From: Dehalococcoidia bacterium | GTDB lineage: Bacteria; Chloroflexota; Dehalococcoidia; Lucifugimonadales; VXLM01 | Assembly: GCA_965116655.1 (NCBI GenBank) | Contig: OZ220720.1 | Span: forward strand, 434,319 to 498,318 | Length of the DNA stretch: 64,000 nt | Direction of reading: 5' to 3' | Shown here: positions 63,187-64,000 of the stretch, in pieces | How positions within the stretch are numbered: the first letter of the stretch is position 1 | Layout of the letters: each line of letters begins with the position of its first letter | Notes under the pieces: generated by a model | The model's input: only the letters and a program-made list of their open reading frames with translations | Databases searched by the model: none | What the model was told of the DNA's origin: nothing | Made by a program: the position numbers and the translations under genes

Positions 63187-64000
63187 ATGTCACCTATCCG
63201 ACACGACAACCGCAGGCTCGATTCGGTTGTCGGCAAGACCATCTTCGAGTACGCGGACACCCTCCGCGTGCGCGTGCCCACCTCCTGCAATCGCAGCGGG
63301 GAATGCCACGAGTGCATAGTCGAGATCAGGCAGGGCGAGGACGCCCTCAACTCCCCCACTCACGAGGAAGCGTTTCTCCGCGACAACTATCGGTTGGCGT
63401 GCCAAGCACACGTGACCGACCCGGATGCGGACGTGGAGTTCGTCATCCTCCGGCGCCAGCCGCGCATACTCACACAGACCATCAAGCGTTCCGTGCCGCT
63501 CGTTCCCTCGGTTACACGCCGTGACGACGGAGTCTATTACCTCGACAACCGCATCGACTCGTACAAGGGCAGAATCTACGGCCTGGCCATAGACGTGGGC
63601 ACGACGACCGTGGTGATGAACCTCGTCGACCTCGAATCGGGCGACGTGCTCCACACCGCCTCGTTCGAGAACCCCCAACGGTTCGGCGGCAGCGACATCA
63701 TGCACCGCATCTCGTACGACGGCAGCGAGTTCCACGGCGAGTTGCAACAGGTCATGCTCTCGTCGCTCAACTTCGAGATCGGGTGGATGGCCCGCGAGCT
63801 GGGCTTCCACCGCCGGAACATCTACGAGGTGGTGATCGTCGGAAACTCGACGATGCGGGAAATCCTATTCGGGATCGACGTGCAGTCAATCGGGGAGAAG
63901 CCGTACAAGTCGATGGTCGAACACGAGATGCTCCGGGGCGAACGGGAAACGACCGCCATCCACACGACCGCGTCCGAATTGGGTCTTCGCGTCTTTCCTC
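63187..64000 (+). CDS. Corrinoid reductive-activation protein (RACo/RamA-like): N-terminal plant-type 2Fe-2S ferredoxin + ASKHA (DUF4445) ATPase domain; 3' partial
   Basis: Not in the ORF track because there is no stop before the window end. My translation from the ATG at 63187: MSPIRHDNRRL...VPTSCNRSGECHECIVEI...YRLACQAHV...IYGLAIDVGTTTVVMNLVDLESG...VVIVGNSTMREILFGID. It contains Cx4Cx2C...C and the DVGTTT phosphate-1 motif. Confidence 0.85.
   Translation, partial: MSPIRHDNRRLDSVVGKTIFEYADTLRVRVPTSCNRSGECHECIVEIRQGEDALNSPTHEEAFLRDNYRLACQAHVTDPDADVEFVILRRQPRILTQTIKRSVPLVPSVTRRDDGVYYLDNRIDSYKGRIYGLAIDVGTTTVVMNLVDLESGDVLHTASFENPQRFGGSDIMHRISYDGSEFHGELQQVMLSSLNFEIGWMARELGFHRRNIYEVVIVGNSTMREILFGIDVQSIGEKPYKSMVEHEMLRGERETTAIHTTASELGLRVFP

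Noticed and set aside
63190-63810. 206-aa minus-strand ORF at the window end
   Set aside because: It is antisense to the unlisted plus-strand RACo-like gene, whose translation carries the 2Fe-2S and ASKHA motifs.

Overview
GC-rich bacterial chromosomal segment, densely coding on both strands. All family assignments come from motif recognition by eye on the supplied translations; no searches were run. I support 63 protein-coding genes and 3 tRNAs (Lys-CUU; an adjacent Cys-GCA and Leu-GAG pair). I see no rRNA, no CRISPR array and no transposase or integrase. The backbone is housekeeping and central metabolism: tgt, alaS, ruvX, aroE, an aroK-aroB fusion, a pabB-like gene, metV-metF, rpiB, mtaB and plsY. 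Accessory blocks are interspersed. The most interesting locus is at 56.2 kb to the window end. It is a corrinoid methyl-transfer cluster that reads as a three-part split methionine synthase: a homocysteine-binding protein, a pterin-binding methyltransferase and a B12-binding carrier. It also carries an MtaA/CmuA-type (URO-D family) methyltransferase of unknown substrate and a 2Fe-2S/ASKHA reductive activator. That activator gene runs off the window and is missing from the ORF track. Inside the same cluster sit an uncharacterised 225-aa protein, a 4-Cys mini-protein and a DUF433x2/DUF5615 toxin-antitoxin-like insertion. Other notable items are listed here. (1) A 1260-aa secreted kexin-like S8 protease fused to a P-domain, an FN3 domain and plant-type LRRs, preceded by a possible trans-encoded propeptide. 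(2) A second M19 dipeptidase paralog that has lost most metal ligands. (3) A VLRF1-type (eRF1-like) peptidyl-tRNA hydrolase candidate. (4) A two-member family of unknown ~200-aa proteins. (5) Several families of short palindromic or MITE-like intergenic repeats, one of which supplies a gene's stop codon. (6) A repeat-dense islet around a probably frameshifted HTH gene. Many long antisense ORFs in the track (up to 740 aa) are GC-composition artefacts. Taxonomy cannot be fixed from the sequence; the VLRF1-like gene, an F420-type PPOX and a mycoredoxin-like glutaredoxin weakly suggest Actinomycetota or Chloroflexota.
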